Of a stretch of DNA of 64,000 bases, positions 1 through 9,951 are shown piece after piece. Source of the DNA: Bacteroidia bacterium (lineage in GTDB: Bacteria; Bacteroidota; Bacteroidia; AKYH767-A; OLB10); the NCBI GenBank assembly GCA_044230205.1, contig JBGARN010000002.1, positions 10,479-74,478 of the forward strand. The letters are read 5' to 3'. Under the pieces are notes generated by a model. The model was given only the letters and a program-made list of their open reading frames with translations, was not told where the DNA came from and did no database searches. Position numbers and translations under genes: made by a program. How positions within the stretch are numbered: position 1 is the first letter of the stretch; every line of letters begins with the position of its first letter.

Positions 1-1457
1 ATATAAGGAATGAAATGTATGATAAAATACTTCAGCTACCCTTGCAATATTATAACAACGAGCGCAAGGGCGATATCATGTCCCGAATCAGCAATGATGT
101 AATGGAAATTGAATGGAGTATATTGAGTGCGTTAGAATTTGTATTTCGCGAACCATTTATCATTATCCTTACCCTGGCTTTATTAATTGCTTTAAGCCCT
201 CAGCTTACACTAACTGTTTTTATTGTATTACCTATTGCAGGCATTATTATCGGACTGCTGGGCAAAAGCCTTCGCAGATCATCTGGAAAAGCACAAGCCA
301 TGATGGGGCAACTTTTTTCTAATATTGAGGAAACACTTGGCGGATTACGCATTATTAAAGCGTTTACAGCCGAAACATTTTCGAGGCTTAAATTCAATAA
401 ACTGAATAACGATTACACCCGGGTTATGGTTCGTGTATTTAATAAACGTGATGCATCTTCACCGCTTTCTGAGTTTTTTGGAGCTGTAGCTACAGTTGTT
501 GTAATTTATTTCGGAGGCAAGCTCGTGCTGGAGTCAGGCAATGGCTTCGGTGCAGAAGATCTCATCGGTTACATTGCCATGTTCTCACAAATCATTCCGC
601 CTGCCAAAGCTTTTGCAACAGCTTATGGTAATATGCAAAAAGGTTTGGCATCGGCTGAGAGGATTAATAAAATACTTGATGCTGAGGTTACCATTGTTGA
701 TGCCCCAAAAGCAATTGAAGATATTGAGTTTAAAAATGAAGTTGTATATAACAACATCTCTTTTGCTTACCGCGATGAGTCTGTTTTAAAAGATATCAAC
801 CTTAAAATTTCCAAAGGACAAACCATTGCACTTGTTGGCCCTTCGGGCAGTGGAAAAAGTACCCTGGCGGATTTGCTACCAAGATTTTATGATGTTCAAC
901 AAGGCGAAATCTTAATTGATGGAATAAATTTGAAAAAAATAAAACTTGAATCGCTGCGAAAATTAATTGGAGTAGTTACCCAGGAATCAATTTTATTTAA
1001 TGATACCGTTCGCAATAATATTGCTTTTGGAATGCCCGATGCAACTGATTTACAAGTAGAACAAGCCGCACGCATTGCAAATGCACATGAGTTTATAGAA
1101 TTATTGCCTGATGGATATGAAACCAATATTGGCGACCGGGGCAGTAAACTTAGTGGCGGTCAGCGACAACGCATAAGTATTGCACGTGCAATTCTGAAGA
1201 ATCCACCGATACTTATTTTAGATGAGGCAACATCAGCACTCGACACAGAATCAGAACGACTGGTTCAGGATGCTTTGATTAAACTTATGGCCAACAGAAC
1301 TACACTTGTAATTGCACATCGGCTTAGCACTATACAACATGCTGATGAAATTATTGTGCTGCAAAAAGGTGAAATAGTGGAGAGGGGTACTCATAGCACA
1401 TTAATTCTGCACGATGGTGTTTATAAAAAATTGTACGAGATGCAGGGCTTTGCATAA
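1..1457 (+). CDS. ABC transporter permease/ATP-binding protein (MsbA-like exporter), 5' end outside window
   Basis: Frame is open to the window edge. TM region is followed by Walker A GPSGSGKST, ABC signature LSGGQRQR, Walker B ILILDEATSALD and H-loop AHRLST. Confidence 0.9.
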   Translation, partial: IRNEMYDKILQLPLQYYNNERKGDIMSRISNDVMEIEWSILSALEFVFREPFIIILTLALLIALSPQLTLTVFIVLPIAGIIIGLLGKSLRRSSGKAQAMMGQLFSNIEETLGGLRIIKAFTAETFSRLKFNKLNNDYTRVMVRVFNKRDASSPLSEFFGAVATVVVIYFGGKLVLESGNGFGAEDLIGYIAMFSQIIPPAKAFATAYGNMQKGLASAERINKILDAEVTIVDAPKAIEDIEFKNEVVYNNISFAYRDESVLKDINLKISKGQTIALVGPSGSGKSTLADLLPRFYDVQQGEILIDGINLKKIKLESLRKLIGVVTQESILFNDTVRNNIAFGMPDATDLQVEQAARIANAHEFIELLPDGYETNIGDRGSKLSGGQRQRISIARAILKNPPILILDEATSALDTESERLVQDALIKLMANRTTLVIAHRLSTIQHADEIIVLQKGEIVERGTHSTLILHDGVYKKLYEMQGFA

Positions 1458-1462
1458 CAAGA

Positions 1463-2077
1463 TTATTCTACATCCTTCCATCTCCATAAATAAATACAGG
1501 CATACGTTCGGTAAGGCGCCCATGTTTCAGAGATGGCAAGCATTTTCTTTTTTATCTTCTTCCTGTCCTTGTGTTTGATTTCATACAGTGAAATAATGGC
1601 TTGTTGAATTCCCAAATCATCAACAGCAAAAACATCTTCACGCCCAAGAGTAAACATCAGCAACATTTCAACTGTCCATCTTCCCACACCTTTTATTTCA
1701 GTTAAATATTCAATCACTTCATCATTACTCATCTTTTCCAATTTGCTAATTGTCATTCCCTTCTCAATTGCAAATCGCGCAACATTTTGTACATAGGTAG
1801 CTTTGGCATTACTTAAACCAATACCTCTTAAGGTTTCATGTGTGAGGTCTAAAACCTCCTCCGGTTGTGGCTCCCGGCCATCAAATAAATTGAGAAAACG
1901 TTTATGTATTACCTGTGCAACCCTGGTTGACAATTGCTGAGACATTATTGCACCGCATAAACTCATAAATACATTCTTTTGCTTTCGCAGTTTAACAGGA
2001 CCGGTTTTGATAATTGCTTTTTTAAGTCTTTTATCTTTTGATAAATGTTTTATATGCGGCATTTTAGTGTTTTGCAT
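1463..2077 (-). CDS. DNA-3-methyladenine glycosylase II family (HhH-GPD)
   Basis: 204 aa with the HhH-GPD pattern (IKGVGRWTVEMLLMF...FAVDDLG). A TATGTTTG box sits 1 nt upstream of the first ATG, so the second Met (start at 2062) may be the real start. Confidence 0.8.
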   Translation of the reverse strand: MQNTKMPHIKHLSKDKRLKKAIIKTGPVKLRKQKNVFMSLCGAIMSQQLSTRVAQVIHKRFLNLFDGREPQPEEVLDLTHETLRGIGLSNAKATYVQNVARFAIEKGMTISKLEKMSNDEVIEYLTEIKGVGRWTVEMLLMFTLGREDVFAVDDLGIQQAIISLYEIKHKDRKKIKKKMLAISETWAPYRTYACIYLWRWKDVE

Positions 2078-2078
2078 T

Positions 2079-2086
2079 CAAACATA
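2079..2086 (-). promoter_or_regulatory. Candidate Bacteroidota -7 box (TAnnTTTG)
   Basis: The minus strand reads TATGTTTG directly upstream of the glycosylase ORF. No clear -33 TTTG was found. Confidence 0.25.
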
Positions 2087-2144
2087 ACCAATAAGCCGAA
2101 ATTTCAATCCTTATAAATTTACTTTTTGTATTATTGATATATGA

Positions 2145-2372
2145 AATCAAAATTTATCGGATGGGCTTTTCCATATAACTTCCGATACTAATTTATCAGG
2201 ATCAACATTCGTCATATACAATCAGTATGGAATCACTATTTTAAGTCAGACTATTAATGAAAACACTAACTATTGTACCATAGATCTAAATGCTCAGCCA
2301 AAAGGAATTTATATTTTGAGACTTAAATTTGAAAAAGGCCGGAGTGTAATATCGCGGCTGATTAAGAACTAG
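2145..2372 (+). pseudogene. Orphan T9SS (Por_Secre_tail-like) C-terminal sorting domain relic with no start codon or cargo
   Basis: Open frame with no Met, translating NQNLSDGLFHITSDTNLSGSTFVIYNQYGITILSQTINENTNYCTIDLNAQPKGIYILRLKFEKGRSVISRLIKN*. This matches the type-A CTD pattern (IYN..G, IDL...PKGIYIL.L). A stop lies immediately upstream at 2142-2144. Confidence 0.55.
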
Positions 2373-2383
2373 TTTTTTTGCTT

Positions 2384-4651
2384 CTAAAGTCCAATTGTGG
2401 TTAAATATTTAACAACAATTACCTGCTGATCAACAAGTGGCAGCGTTGGTTCTGCCCGCAGACGATTGGTATTCAGCAATGAATTATATACCACATATAA
2501 ATCTGTTCCCTCCCTCGGATTGTAGCGTATGCGCAAATTACCGCCATAGCTGTTGCTTTCATTATCAAATTGCGCAAGTAGTTTTACTGAAAATTTACTG
2601 GAAAGGGTTAACATAAAATCTCCTGATACTAAATTACTTTTATAAACTGCATCACCATTGTTAGAATAACCAGAAGGAAAACTAATGTGGTTATATTCGT
2701 AATAAATACTCATCCGAAAAAAACGATTAATGATATAACTAACCGATGGTGCTACACTAAATATTTCCCCACCATAGTAATCTCCGTACTTGAAATCAAT
2801 TGAAGCTGTATAGCTTTTTGACTGATCATATTCTAAATTAATATCATTGGTAAACATATAGTAGTAACCCACAGGCACTGTGATATGGTCGTTCAATTCC
2901 AGGCCGGAAAACAAACGGTCTTCTTTATATTCAGCCAAGGTTGCATTAACAGAGGAACCTTTTTTCCAACTAAGATCACCTGCTAAATTCATAAATTTAG
3001 TTTCGGTTATTTTCGCATCAATTTTCCAGCGATAGTCAACCTGGCCGCCTAATGACCATGAATTAAATATTTTGTTGTCTTTGAATTTTGTAATTTTTGC
3101 TGTGTTAACTGAAACATATCCATAATCACTTTCAGGATTAAAACCCATGGCAGGATCAAATTTTTCGCCTGCATATTCAAAATCGAATCCATGTACAAAA
3201 CCTTCGCTGGCATTTTTAAATACAAACAAGTTTAAAAACTGGTTGCTGTTAAAGGTTTTTGATACGGTTGAATCATAAGTTGTGGCAACACCAAAACCCG
3301 CCAACCACTTTTCATTAAAATTATGCACTGCATCAATACCAACACTTTGGTTTGAAACAGAATTATTTCCGGTAGATATACGATTGGTAACTATACCTCC
3401 ATAAAAACTTCCGTATTCACCATAATACTTACGCAGTCGGGCAACAGTAAAATTCTGCGCCACTATATTTTGAGAACTAACATCAGACGTTTGCATGTTC
3501 AGTGCACCTATAGCAAGATTATTTTGCTTACCCGTTACCCGCACACCAGCAATAATGGGAACCGCTGCATCATTTTCCAGTCCGATGGATCGTGAAGTAA
3601 AAAGCTGTGTTGAAGCCCCTACCTGGTAATTCAGGTAAGCCTGCGATTCAAGAAAAAAGCTCCTTTTTTCAGGAAGGTTAATTTCGTATTTGGTTAAATT
3701 AATGATGCGGTTGTCAACTTCAGCCTGGGCAAAATCTGTATTGAGAGTAACATTTAGTGTAAAGTTTTTGGTGAGCCCATATTTAATATCAGCTCCAATG
3801 TTGCTGATTATTTTATCAAGAGTTTCATTGTTTGAATAATATTTCCTGGTTAAGAAAGTACTGGTTGATTCGTAGGCAGTGCCATCACTATTTAAATTAT
3901 TCTGGTGCTCAAAATTCGCAATTACATAAGGAGTTATATAAATGGGTTTTTTTGTTTTTAAATTCGTAAACTCCATTTCGGCAGCCTGGCTTACATTACA
4001 CCACATATTATTAATAGTTGAATCGCAATGCGGGTAGGTTAACAGTTCATTTTTACGTTTTATTAAACGTGCAAAACGAAATCCCATTACTACTTTTTCC
4101 TTTTGCTCAAACCGCAGTGATGAAAAAGGAATTCGATATTCAGAAACATATCCTGTAGAATCAACAGCCGTTGCAGCATCCCAAAAGTTATTGTAATCAT
4201 CATTGGTGTTAGAACCATTATTGGAAACTTCAGTATCAAATCGCCCATTCAGTGTATTAGTAATAAAAATCACTGCCGTTGATTTATCATTATAGGTATC
4301 TAACTCAACCGAAGTACCATCATCGTTTCCGATTGAAAAATCCCTGTCCATAAAAAAGCGAACAATATTGTCAGGCTCTGAATCGTAACAATGAAAACCT
4401 ACGAATAAGTATTCATCATTGTATAATACCCGTACCTCTGTTCGTTCAGTCGGAGGAGCACCTGCAACAGGTGCTTCCTGGATAAACTCAGTAACTGGTG
4501 CGGCAAGCATCCATTCGCTTTCATCCAGCTTCCCGTCAAGTTTTATATTGCCTGAAATTCTTACAGGTAAATAAGGACTTTGTGCAATGGATGCCATTGC
4601 AAGAATGTTCAATACAAATAATGAAATTGCTTTTTTTACAATACTGACCAT
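2384..4651 (-). CDS. Secreted CBM9-like / DUF5916-family protein
   Basis: 755 aa with a signal peptide. N-terminal IKLDGKLDESEW...EF.Q..P...PTERTEVRVLYNDEYLFVGF motif typical of this family, followed by a long beta-rich C-terminal region. Confidence 0.6.
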   Translation of the reverse strand: MVSIVKKAISLFVLNILAMASIAQSPYLPVRISGNIKLDGKLDESEWMLAAPVTEFIQEAPVAGAPPTERTEVRVLYNDEYLFVGFHCYDSEPDNIVRFFMDRDFSIGNDDGTSVELDTYNDKSTAVIFITNTLNGRFDTEVSNNGSNTNDDYNNFWDAATAVDSTGYVSEYRIPFSSLRFEQKEKVVMGFRFARLIKRKNELLTYPHCDSTINNMWCNVSQAAEMEFTNLKTKKPIYITPYVIANFEHQNNLNSDGTAYESTSTFLTRKYYSNNETLDKIISNIGADIKYGLTKNFTLNVTLNTDFAQAEVDNRIINLTKYEINLPEKRSFFLESQAYLNYQVGASTQLFTSRSIGLENDAAVPIIAGVRVTGKQNNLAIGALNMQTSDVSSQNIVAQNFTVARLRKYYGEYGSFYGGIVTNRISTGNNSVSNQSVGIDAVHNFNEKWLAGFGVATTYDSTVSKTFNSNQFLNLFVFKNASEGFVHGFDFEYAGEKFDPAMGFNPESDYGYVSVNTAKITKFKDNKIFNSWSLGGQVDYRWKIDAKITETKFMNLAGDLSWKKGSSVNATLAEYKEDRLFSGLELNDHITVPVGYYYMFTNDINLEYDQSKSYTASIDFKYGDYYGGEIFSVAPSVSYIINRFFRMSIYYEYNHISFPSGYSNNGDAVYKSNLVSGDFMLTLSSKFSVKLLAQFDNESNSYGGNLRIRYNPREGTDLYVVYNSLLNTNRLRAEPTLPLVDQQVIVVKYLTTIGL

Positions 4652-4745
4652 TACAGTAAATGTAAATATTTCCGGGCCGGCAACAAGACAATAATTTAAT
4701 TCAATAAAACAGGTAATACTAAATCCTGCTTAAAGATTTGAGGTC

Positions 4746-5096
4746 TTAAATTTTACTCATCTGAATGGATTCCATGGCCATTTGCTTGTTGTAAGTAAGC
4801 GCCATGGATTTATAATTCACCAGGTCGATAATCGTCCCAATAAAGCAAAGGCCTGCTGTAAATAAATACAGAATGCCCATGCCAATCTGGTTAAGCATAA
4901 ATCGCTGAATGCCTGCCACGATTATAAATCCCAAAATGGTAACAATCATAATTGTTTGGGGATCTTTTCTCTTGGTGCCATAAAGCATCAAAAAGTTTTT
5001 CTGTTGTTCTTCAGTAAGGTCTTTGGTAATGCCTTCAAGAAACATCATTTCTTCCGTTTCGAGATTAGGAAGCATCATTAGTTGATTTTTGTCCAT
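4746..5096 (-). CDS. TM2 domain-containing membrane protein
   Basis: 116 aa with the two-helix TM2 pattern ...GFIIVAGIQRFMLNQIGMGILYLFTAGLCFIGTIIDL. The start lies 3 nt after the upstream stop. Confidence 0.8.
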   Translation of the reverse strand: MDKNQLMMLPNLETEEMMFLEGITKDLTEEQQKNFLMLYGTKRKDPQTIMIVTILGFIIVAGIQRFMLNQIGMGILYLFTAGLCFIGTIIDLVNYKSMALTYNKQMAMESIQMSKI

Positions 5097-5099
5097 AGC

Positions 5100-5402
5100 T
5101 TAATTAGTTTCAGGGTTAATATTTCGGTTACTATAATAATTTTTTGTAAGTATAATTATTCTTTGAACAATTACAACAAAAGCAAAAATTCCTAAAAAGT
5201 GTTTTTGAAATGATGCCGCGATATTGCCATGCATTAACAATGATATTGATTGACCTAAACCACAACCCGGACAATTATTAATTCCGGCCATTTTTAACAG
5301 ACAAAATGAAGTGTTCTCGGTATAAGGATTGCTGCAATACAAAAAAATAAGCGCACCAATCCATATAATAAGTTCAAGTGGTAATGATTTAAGTCTGATC
5401 AT
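5100..5402 (-). CDS. DUF2752 domain-containing membrane protein
   Basis: CPGCGLGQS motif plus hydrophobic helices. The track start at 5414 is a TTG, so the ATG at 5402 is preferred. Confidence 0.7.
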   Translation of the reverse strand: MIRLKSLPLELIIWIGALIFLYCSNPYTENTSFCLLKMAGINNCPGCGLGQSISLLMHGNIAASFQKHFLGIFAFVVIVQRIIILTKNYYSNRNINPETN

Positions 5403-5421
5403 AATGATAACCAAATTACAG

Positions 5422-6669
5422 CTATTCTATTTTATAGATGACCCCGCTTTTATCCCTGGGTCCTGACAGTTTCTGTGTAATAATGTAAATCGCTCCCTGT
5501 TCATCTTCACCAAACGAATTTATTTTGCAATTGAGATCATTGGATTTCTTGCCTTCTATTGTCAGCTGGTAATTTTGCCATTTAGCATTTTCCTCTTTAA
5601 GGCAGAATAATTTTCCGTTATAGTCACCATAAACGTAACAACCACTTAGCTCAGTTTTATTCTCACCACGATAAACATAACCTCCGGTGATGCTTATACC
5701 GACACTATGCGGATATTCGTATATGGGTAATGTTAACCCATCATCTTCACAATCCTCGGGATTATAACAATGGTTTCCTTCCATAATGCGCCAACCATAG
5801 TTTTTACCGCTTTCAATTATGTCAACCTCTTCATACTTATTCTGACCAACATCGCCACAAAATAATTTCCCGGTTTTCCTGTCAAACGAAAACCGCCAGG
5901 GGTTACGAAGTCCATATGCAAAAATCTCGCCACGTGCACTTTTATTTTTAAATGGGTTGTCATCAGGTATGGCATAGGGCTTCCGGCTATCAACATCTAT
6001 GCGCAAAATTTTGCCTAACAAGGTATTTAAATTCTGACCGTTGCCTGATTCACCATGTCTGTCGCCTGCACCACCACCATCACCACTTCCTATGTATAAA
6101 AATCCATCAGGTCCAAAAGCAAGCATTCCACCATTGTGGTTACTTTCAGGCTGTTCAAACTCCAGTATAACTTGTCCGTTATCCTGCGCAACATCAGCAT
6201 TCGGAGTACCAACCCTGTACTCTGCAACAACACTTTTATGATCAGATAAATTATTTGATGTAGGTGCGCTGTAATAAATATAAAAACGGCCGTTAGATTT
6301 GAATTGGGGATGAAAAGCAAGTCCCAACAAACCTTTTTCGCTATAAGCAAAACTTAATTTGTCAATTTTAGAGGAAACATCAAGAAACGGCTGGACCTGC
6401 AATATTCCATTTTTAATAATCCTGATTCTTCCCTGCTGCTCGATAACAAACAAGCGGTTGCTTCCGTCATTGGCAACAGCCATGCCTACAGGCGAAGTTA
6501 ATCCTGAAACAACAGGTACTGCTTTAACAGAAATTGACGGCAAAATTTCGGCTGCCGCATGCATTGAAACTTTCTCATAATCATGGTCAGATTTTTTTGA
6601 AGAGCAGGTTGTTAATAAAATCACCGCTACTGCTATAACGACACTGCAAATAAGGATGTAATTTTTCAC
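5422..6669 (-). CDS. PQQ-dependent sugar (glucose/sorbosone) dehydrogenase, lipoprotein
   Basis: 415 aa with a lipobox-like LLTTCSS. Beta-propeller motifs GLLGLAFHP, HNGGMLAFGPDGFLYIGSGDGG and AYGLRNPWRFSFD. Confidence 0.85.
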   Translation of the reverse strand: MKNYILICSVVIAVAVILLTTCSSKKSDHDYEKVSMHAAAEILPSISVKAVPVVSGLTSPVGMAVANDGSNRLFVIEQQGRIRIIKNGILQVQPFLDVSSKIDKLSFAYSEKGLLGLAFHPQFKSNGRFYIYYSAPTSNNLSDHKSVVAEYRVGTPNADVAQDNGQVILEFEQPESNHNGGMLAFGPDGFLYIGSGDGGGAGDRHGESGNGQNLNTLLGKILRIDVDSRKPYAIPDDNPFKNKSARGEIFAYGLRNPWRFSFDRKTGKLFCGDVGQNKYEEVDIIESGKNYGWRIMEGNHCYNPEDCEDDGLTLPIYEYPHSVGISITGGYVYRGENKTELSGCYVYGDYNGKLFCLKEENAKWQNYQLTIEGKKSNDLNCKINSFGEDEQGAIYIITQKLSGPRDKSGVIYKIE

Positions 6670-6806
6670 CGCGAAATTTTTAATGGGTTCAACAAATATA
6701 AATCATCAACTACGTTTTACGAATTTAGGTTTTATTACCCTTTATGTAAATTAAATTTTCAAATCCCAATCTGTTGATGTTCGTTTAATTCTAAGTCAGA
6801 AAAACA

Positions 6807-8423
6807 ATGAAAGATAATACACACCAAGCTGATGTTCAGTCGGAACATGAATTGATAATTGACCGGAAAAACCGGAATGATAAAACAGACAAATTACTTA
6901 CTCCTGATTTTATTAAATTATTAAGCAACCTTTACGAATGTCTTAATGAAGAGCGCAAAGGCATCATTGATTACCGTGAGCAACTGAACAAGGCGCTGCA
7001 AAAAGATTTTGAGAAGGTTATTGCAGGTCAGCAGGTAGATACTGGCCTTTTTGAAGTAAATTATGCAGGAGAATTTTTTCAGCGGGTAAATACACTGATG
7101 ATTTGTCCTGCTAATCAAACACGCTCACTGGTTAAACTTATTAATGGCAACGAACGTTATAAAAAGCCCGATGCTGTAGTAGTTGATTTTTCCTCCACCT
7201 TAAAGCCTTTGTGGAATAATATTACAGATAGCATTACCAATCTTATTGAAATTGCCAATGAGAGTGCCCGTTTTTCACAAAAGACATTTGCTGAATTTTC
7301 TTTAATTAAAACTGACGCTCCTGTTCAGCAACCACTTATTATTATTAAACCCCGTACGATACATGCAGTTGAAGAACTGATTAAGGTTAATGAAGGATAT
7401 TATCCTGCAGCACTTTTTGATGTAGCTTTAACGGCCTATCATACCTTCCGGACCATGGTTGCAAAAAACAGGCAACCGGTATTGCTGATCGAGTGCAACA
7501 ACCAGTTTGAAGCGCAATGGTGGAATGAATTGGCTGCAGTTATGGAAGAATACCTGAAGCTGGATGCGGGCACCATAAAAATAATTGCGGCTTTAGATTC
7601 GGCAACCGGCCTGGTGACTGCAGAAGCAGTGGTATATGAATTGCAACATCGCATTGTGGCTTTACAGGCTGATTTTAAAGGTAAGCTGATTAATGACCTG
7701 CATATTTTGCAAAAGAAAAACGACAACATAGTTGCTGAACGCAAATCAATAAACATTGCCGAACCCTCATTACAGTATTTTTCAAAAACAGTTATTGATG
7801 TTGCGCGTAAGCATGGACTTCCGGCAGTTGCCGGATTAAGCATCAATGCTGCGGGTCAGTTTGTTGATTATAAAGATGTAAGTATTGCCAAATACGAAGA
7901 AGAACTTGCCCTGATGATTGCTTCCGGTTTTAATACAATCATGGTATCGCATCAGGGGTATATTGAGGATGTTATTGAAAAATTTAAACAACCCGTTGAT
8001 TCCGGTAAGGCAACTATTCCCGGGAAGCAATTGCTACCGGCAGGCTCTTACAAAATTTCGATGATGGGCTTACGGGATAACATACGAACTGCAATTACAT
8101 TTATGCAGGCCTGGAATCAAGGCATTGCCTGTGCAGTATTTGACAATCGCTGGGAAGATGTTCAGACTTTTGAAATAATAAGGGCGCAGATTTTCCAGTG
8201 GATGCGGAACTCAGTTACCCTGGCAACTGGCGAAAGGGTTAACAGCAGGCTGATTACTACAATAATACTTGAAGAATCAGAAAAGCTGCAAAATGAAATT
8301 CGAGAAGAGTTTGCAGGCAACCCGATTTCTGAAATCCAAACCATTTTAAACACTTATACACAGGCCGCTTTAGAAGTGGAACAGTTGTTTTTAAAAGTAG
8401 AACTTACGGGCAGCTTTGCTTAA
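6807..8423 (+). CDS. Divergent malate synthase A-fold protein (function uncertain)
   Basis: 538 aa. Blocks GTIK, AW..G..C and WEDVQTFEIIRAQIFQWM align by eye with AceB (GTIKAT, AWISGNGC, MEDAATAEISRTSIWQW). Several catalytic and metal motifs are substituted; see findings. Confidence 0.6.
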   Translation: MKDNTHQADVQSEHELIIDRKNRNDKTDKLLTPDFIKLLSNLYECLNEERKGIIDYREQLNKALQKDFEKVIAGQQVDTGLFEVNYAGEFFQRVNTLMICPANQTRSLVKLINGNERYKKPDAVVVDFSSTLKPLWNNITDSITNLIEIANESARFSQKTFAEFSLIKTDAPVQQPLIIIKPRTIHAVEELIKVNEGYYPAALFDVALTAYHTFRTMVAKNRQPVLLIECNNQFEAQWWNELAAVMEEYLKLDAGTIKIIAALDSATGLVTAEAVVYELQHRIVALQADFKGKLINDLHILQKKNDNIVAERKSINIAEPSLQYFSKTVIDVARKHGLPAVAGLSINAAGQFVDYKDVSIAKYEEELALMIASGFNTIMVSHQGYIEDVIEKFKQPVDSGKATIPGKQLLPAGSYKISMMGLRDNIRTAITFMQAWNQGIACAVFDNRWEDVQTFEIIRAQIFQWMRNSVTLATGERVNSRLITTIILEESEKLQNEIREEFAGNPISEIQTILNTYTQAALEVEQLFLKVELTGSFA

Positions 8424-8616
8424 TCAATACTGATTTTTAATTACAGATAGCTAGGGTTTTGAAAGAACACAACAATAATTCTTTCAATACAAATCAGCAT
8501 TAACATTATCCATTAATTTAATTGTCATAAACCATCCGTCAATTGAATATCCTGAATTACTTCAATCGATTAATAGGTTAGGTAATTAGTAACATACTAC
8601 TCCATTTTAAATCAAT

Positions 8617-8649
8617 AAAAAAACCGCCTGTTTATAACAGGCGGTTTTT
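8617..8649. terminator. Bidirectional rho-independent terminator
   Basis: AAAAAAA-CCGCCTGTT-TAT-AACAGGCGG-TTTTT: a perfect 9-bp GC-rich stem flanked by A and T runs. It sits between the convergent malate-synthase-like and SusD-like genes. Confidence 0.7.
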
Positions 8650-8671
8650 AACATTTAGCTTATAGTGCGTT

Positions 8672-9918
8672 TTAAATTTCAGTATCAGGTCGGGGAAACT
8701 CTACCCATACATCATCGCCTGCGCGGTCAATAGGCAATTCATTCAGTTTGTTATAGCGCCTCATATCCACCCAGCGGTGACCTTCGCCATACAGCGAATA
8801 CCTGCGCTGCTTTAGTACTTCGTTAATTAACTCCGTGGTGGTGGTTCCGCCAGTATAGTTGCCTAGGCCGGCAGCATTTCTAATGATGTTAAGTGCATTA
8901 ACTGCATCAGTTGCATTACCATTCTGCGCAGATAATTCTGCATAAATTAAAATCAGTTCTTCAATGAAACTTTACTTAGCCGTGCATCACCAGCTTCGGC
9001 ATCAGTAATAAAGTTAGGTTGAGCTACTCGTGTTTCTCCGCTCTGATTAGTCGGAAAATAAACCGGGTTTAATAAATCGCCACCATCAGTTGAATAGATA
9101 TGATATACTCCTGTTTTTAAATCGCCATTAAGGTTAAAGAATGAGGCATTTAAGGCAGTTAGTGCATTAGCCCAATCCTGCTTGTAAATGTAAACACGCG
9201 CTGCAATTGCCCTGTTGATTAATGCAAAATCTGATGGAGTAGGTGCACTTACATTATCACCGGGCAGTCTTGCTTTTAATGTTGAACTAAAAGGGAAGTC
9301 AACATTATTGTTATTCAAATCTGCATATGCTTCATCAAGCATACTTACTATAGCCGAAAGAGATGCATCTTTTGAAAGGAATGGCCCCAGGTTATTAGGA
9401 TCTTTTACATCAACCCGCACACCATTATTATATTGCTGATTAAGCACCATAAGTAACTGATAAGCCTGCAATGTTTTTGCATAAGCAATACCGGCACGTT
9501 TTTGATTGGGATCAGTAATTGCCTTAGTGTTGGTAATTGCATCAATTAAAATGTTCAGATTCTTTATTGTGCGGTAACGCGCACTAAATGGTTGCGTGGT
9601 ATAAAAGGTATTACCATCGAGCACAGCATTTCCTTTACCCAGCAAATCAGAAGTAAAACGAGGATCGGAACCTGAAAAACGGTACCATTCGCGGCCTACA
9701 ACCGATACTGCATCATAATATTGATTCAGTTGTTCACGCATTCCCGATTCGCTGCCCGTAACCACATTTTGAATTTCGCTAAGTGTTGCATTTGATGATA
9801 TGGCTTCAAGACTTGGATTGTTGGGATCGTCAATAGGACTTATTTCGCACGATGTGAAACCAAATGCTGCTATCACCGTTAATCCAATAAATTTTATAAT
9901 GTTATTATACTTTTTCAT
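8672..9918 (-). pseudogene. RagB/SusD-family outer-membrane nutrient-binding lipoprotein, interrupted by a 1-nt frameshift
   Basis: ORF 8953..9918 (lipoprotein signal ...GFTSC) ends ...ARLSKVSLKN*. A second frame over 8672..8971 reads SFIEELILIYAELSAQNGN...RRYSLYGEGHRWVDMRRYNKL..., the canonical SusD C-terminus. The shift must lie within 8956..8971. Confidence 0.8.
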
Positions 9919-9951
9919 AATTGATAGTTTTTAATTTTTTTGAAATTATAA

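Noticed and set aside
7439-7846. 135-aa minus-strand ORF inside the malate-synthase-like gene
   Set aside because: Shadow ORF with Cys/Ser-rich odd composition. The plus-strand frame carries recognisable malate-synthase blocks.
8459-8487. TTGAAAGAA-11 nt-TTCTTTCAA hairpin after the malate-synthase-like gene
   Set aside because: The stem is purely AT-rich with no following T-run. The strong terminator at 8617-8649 explains termination better.
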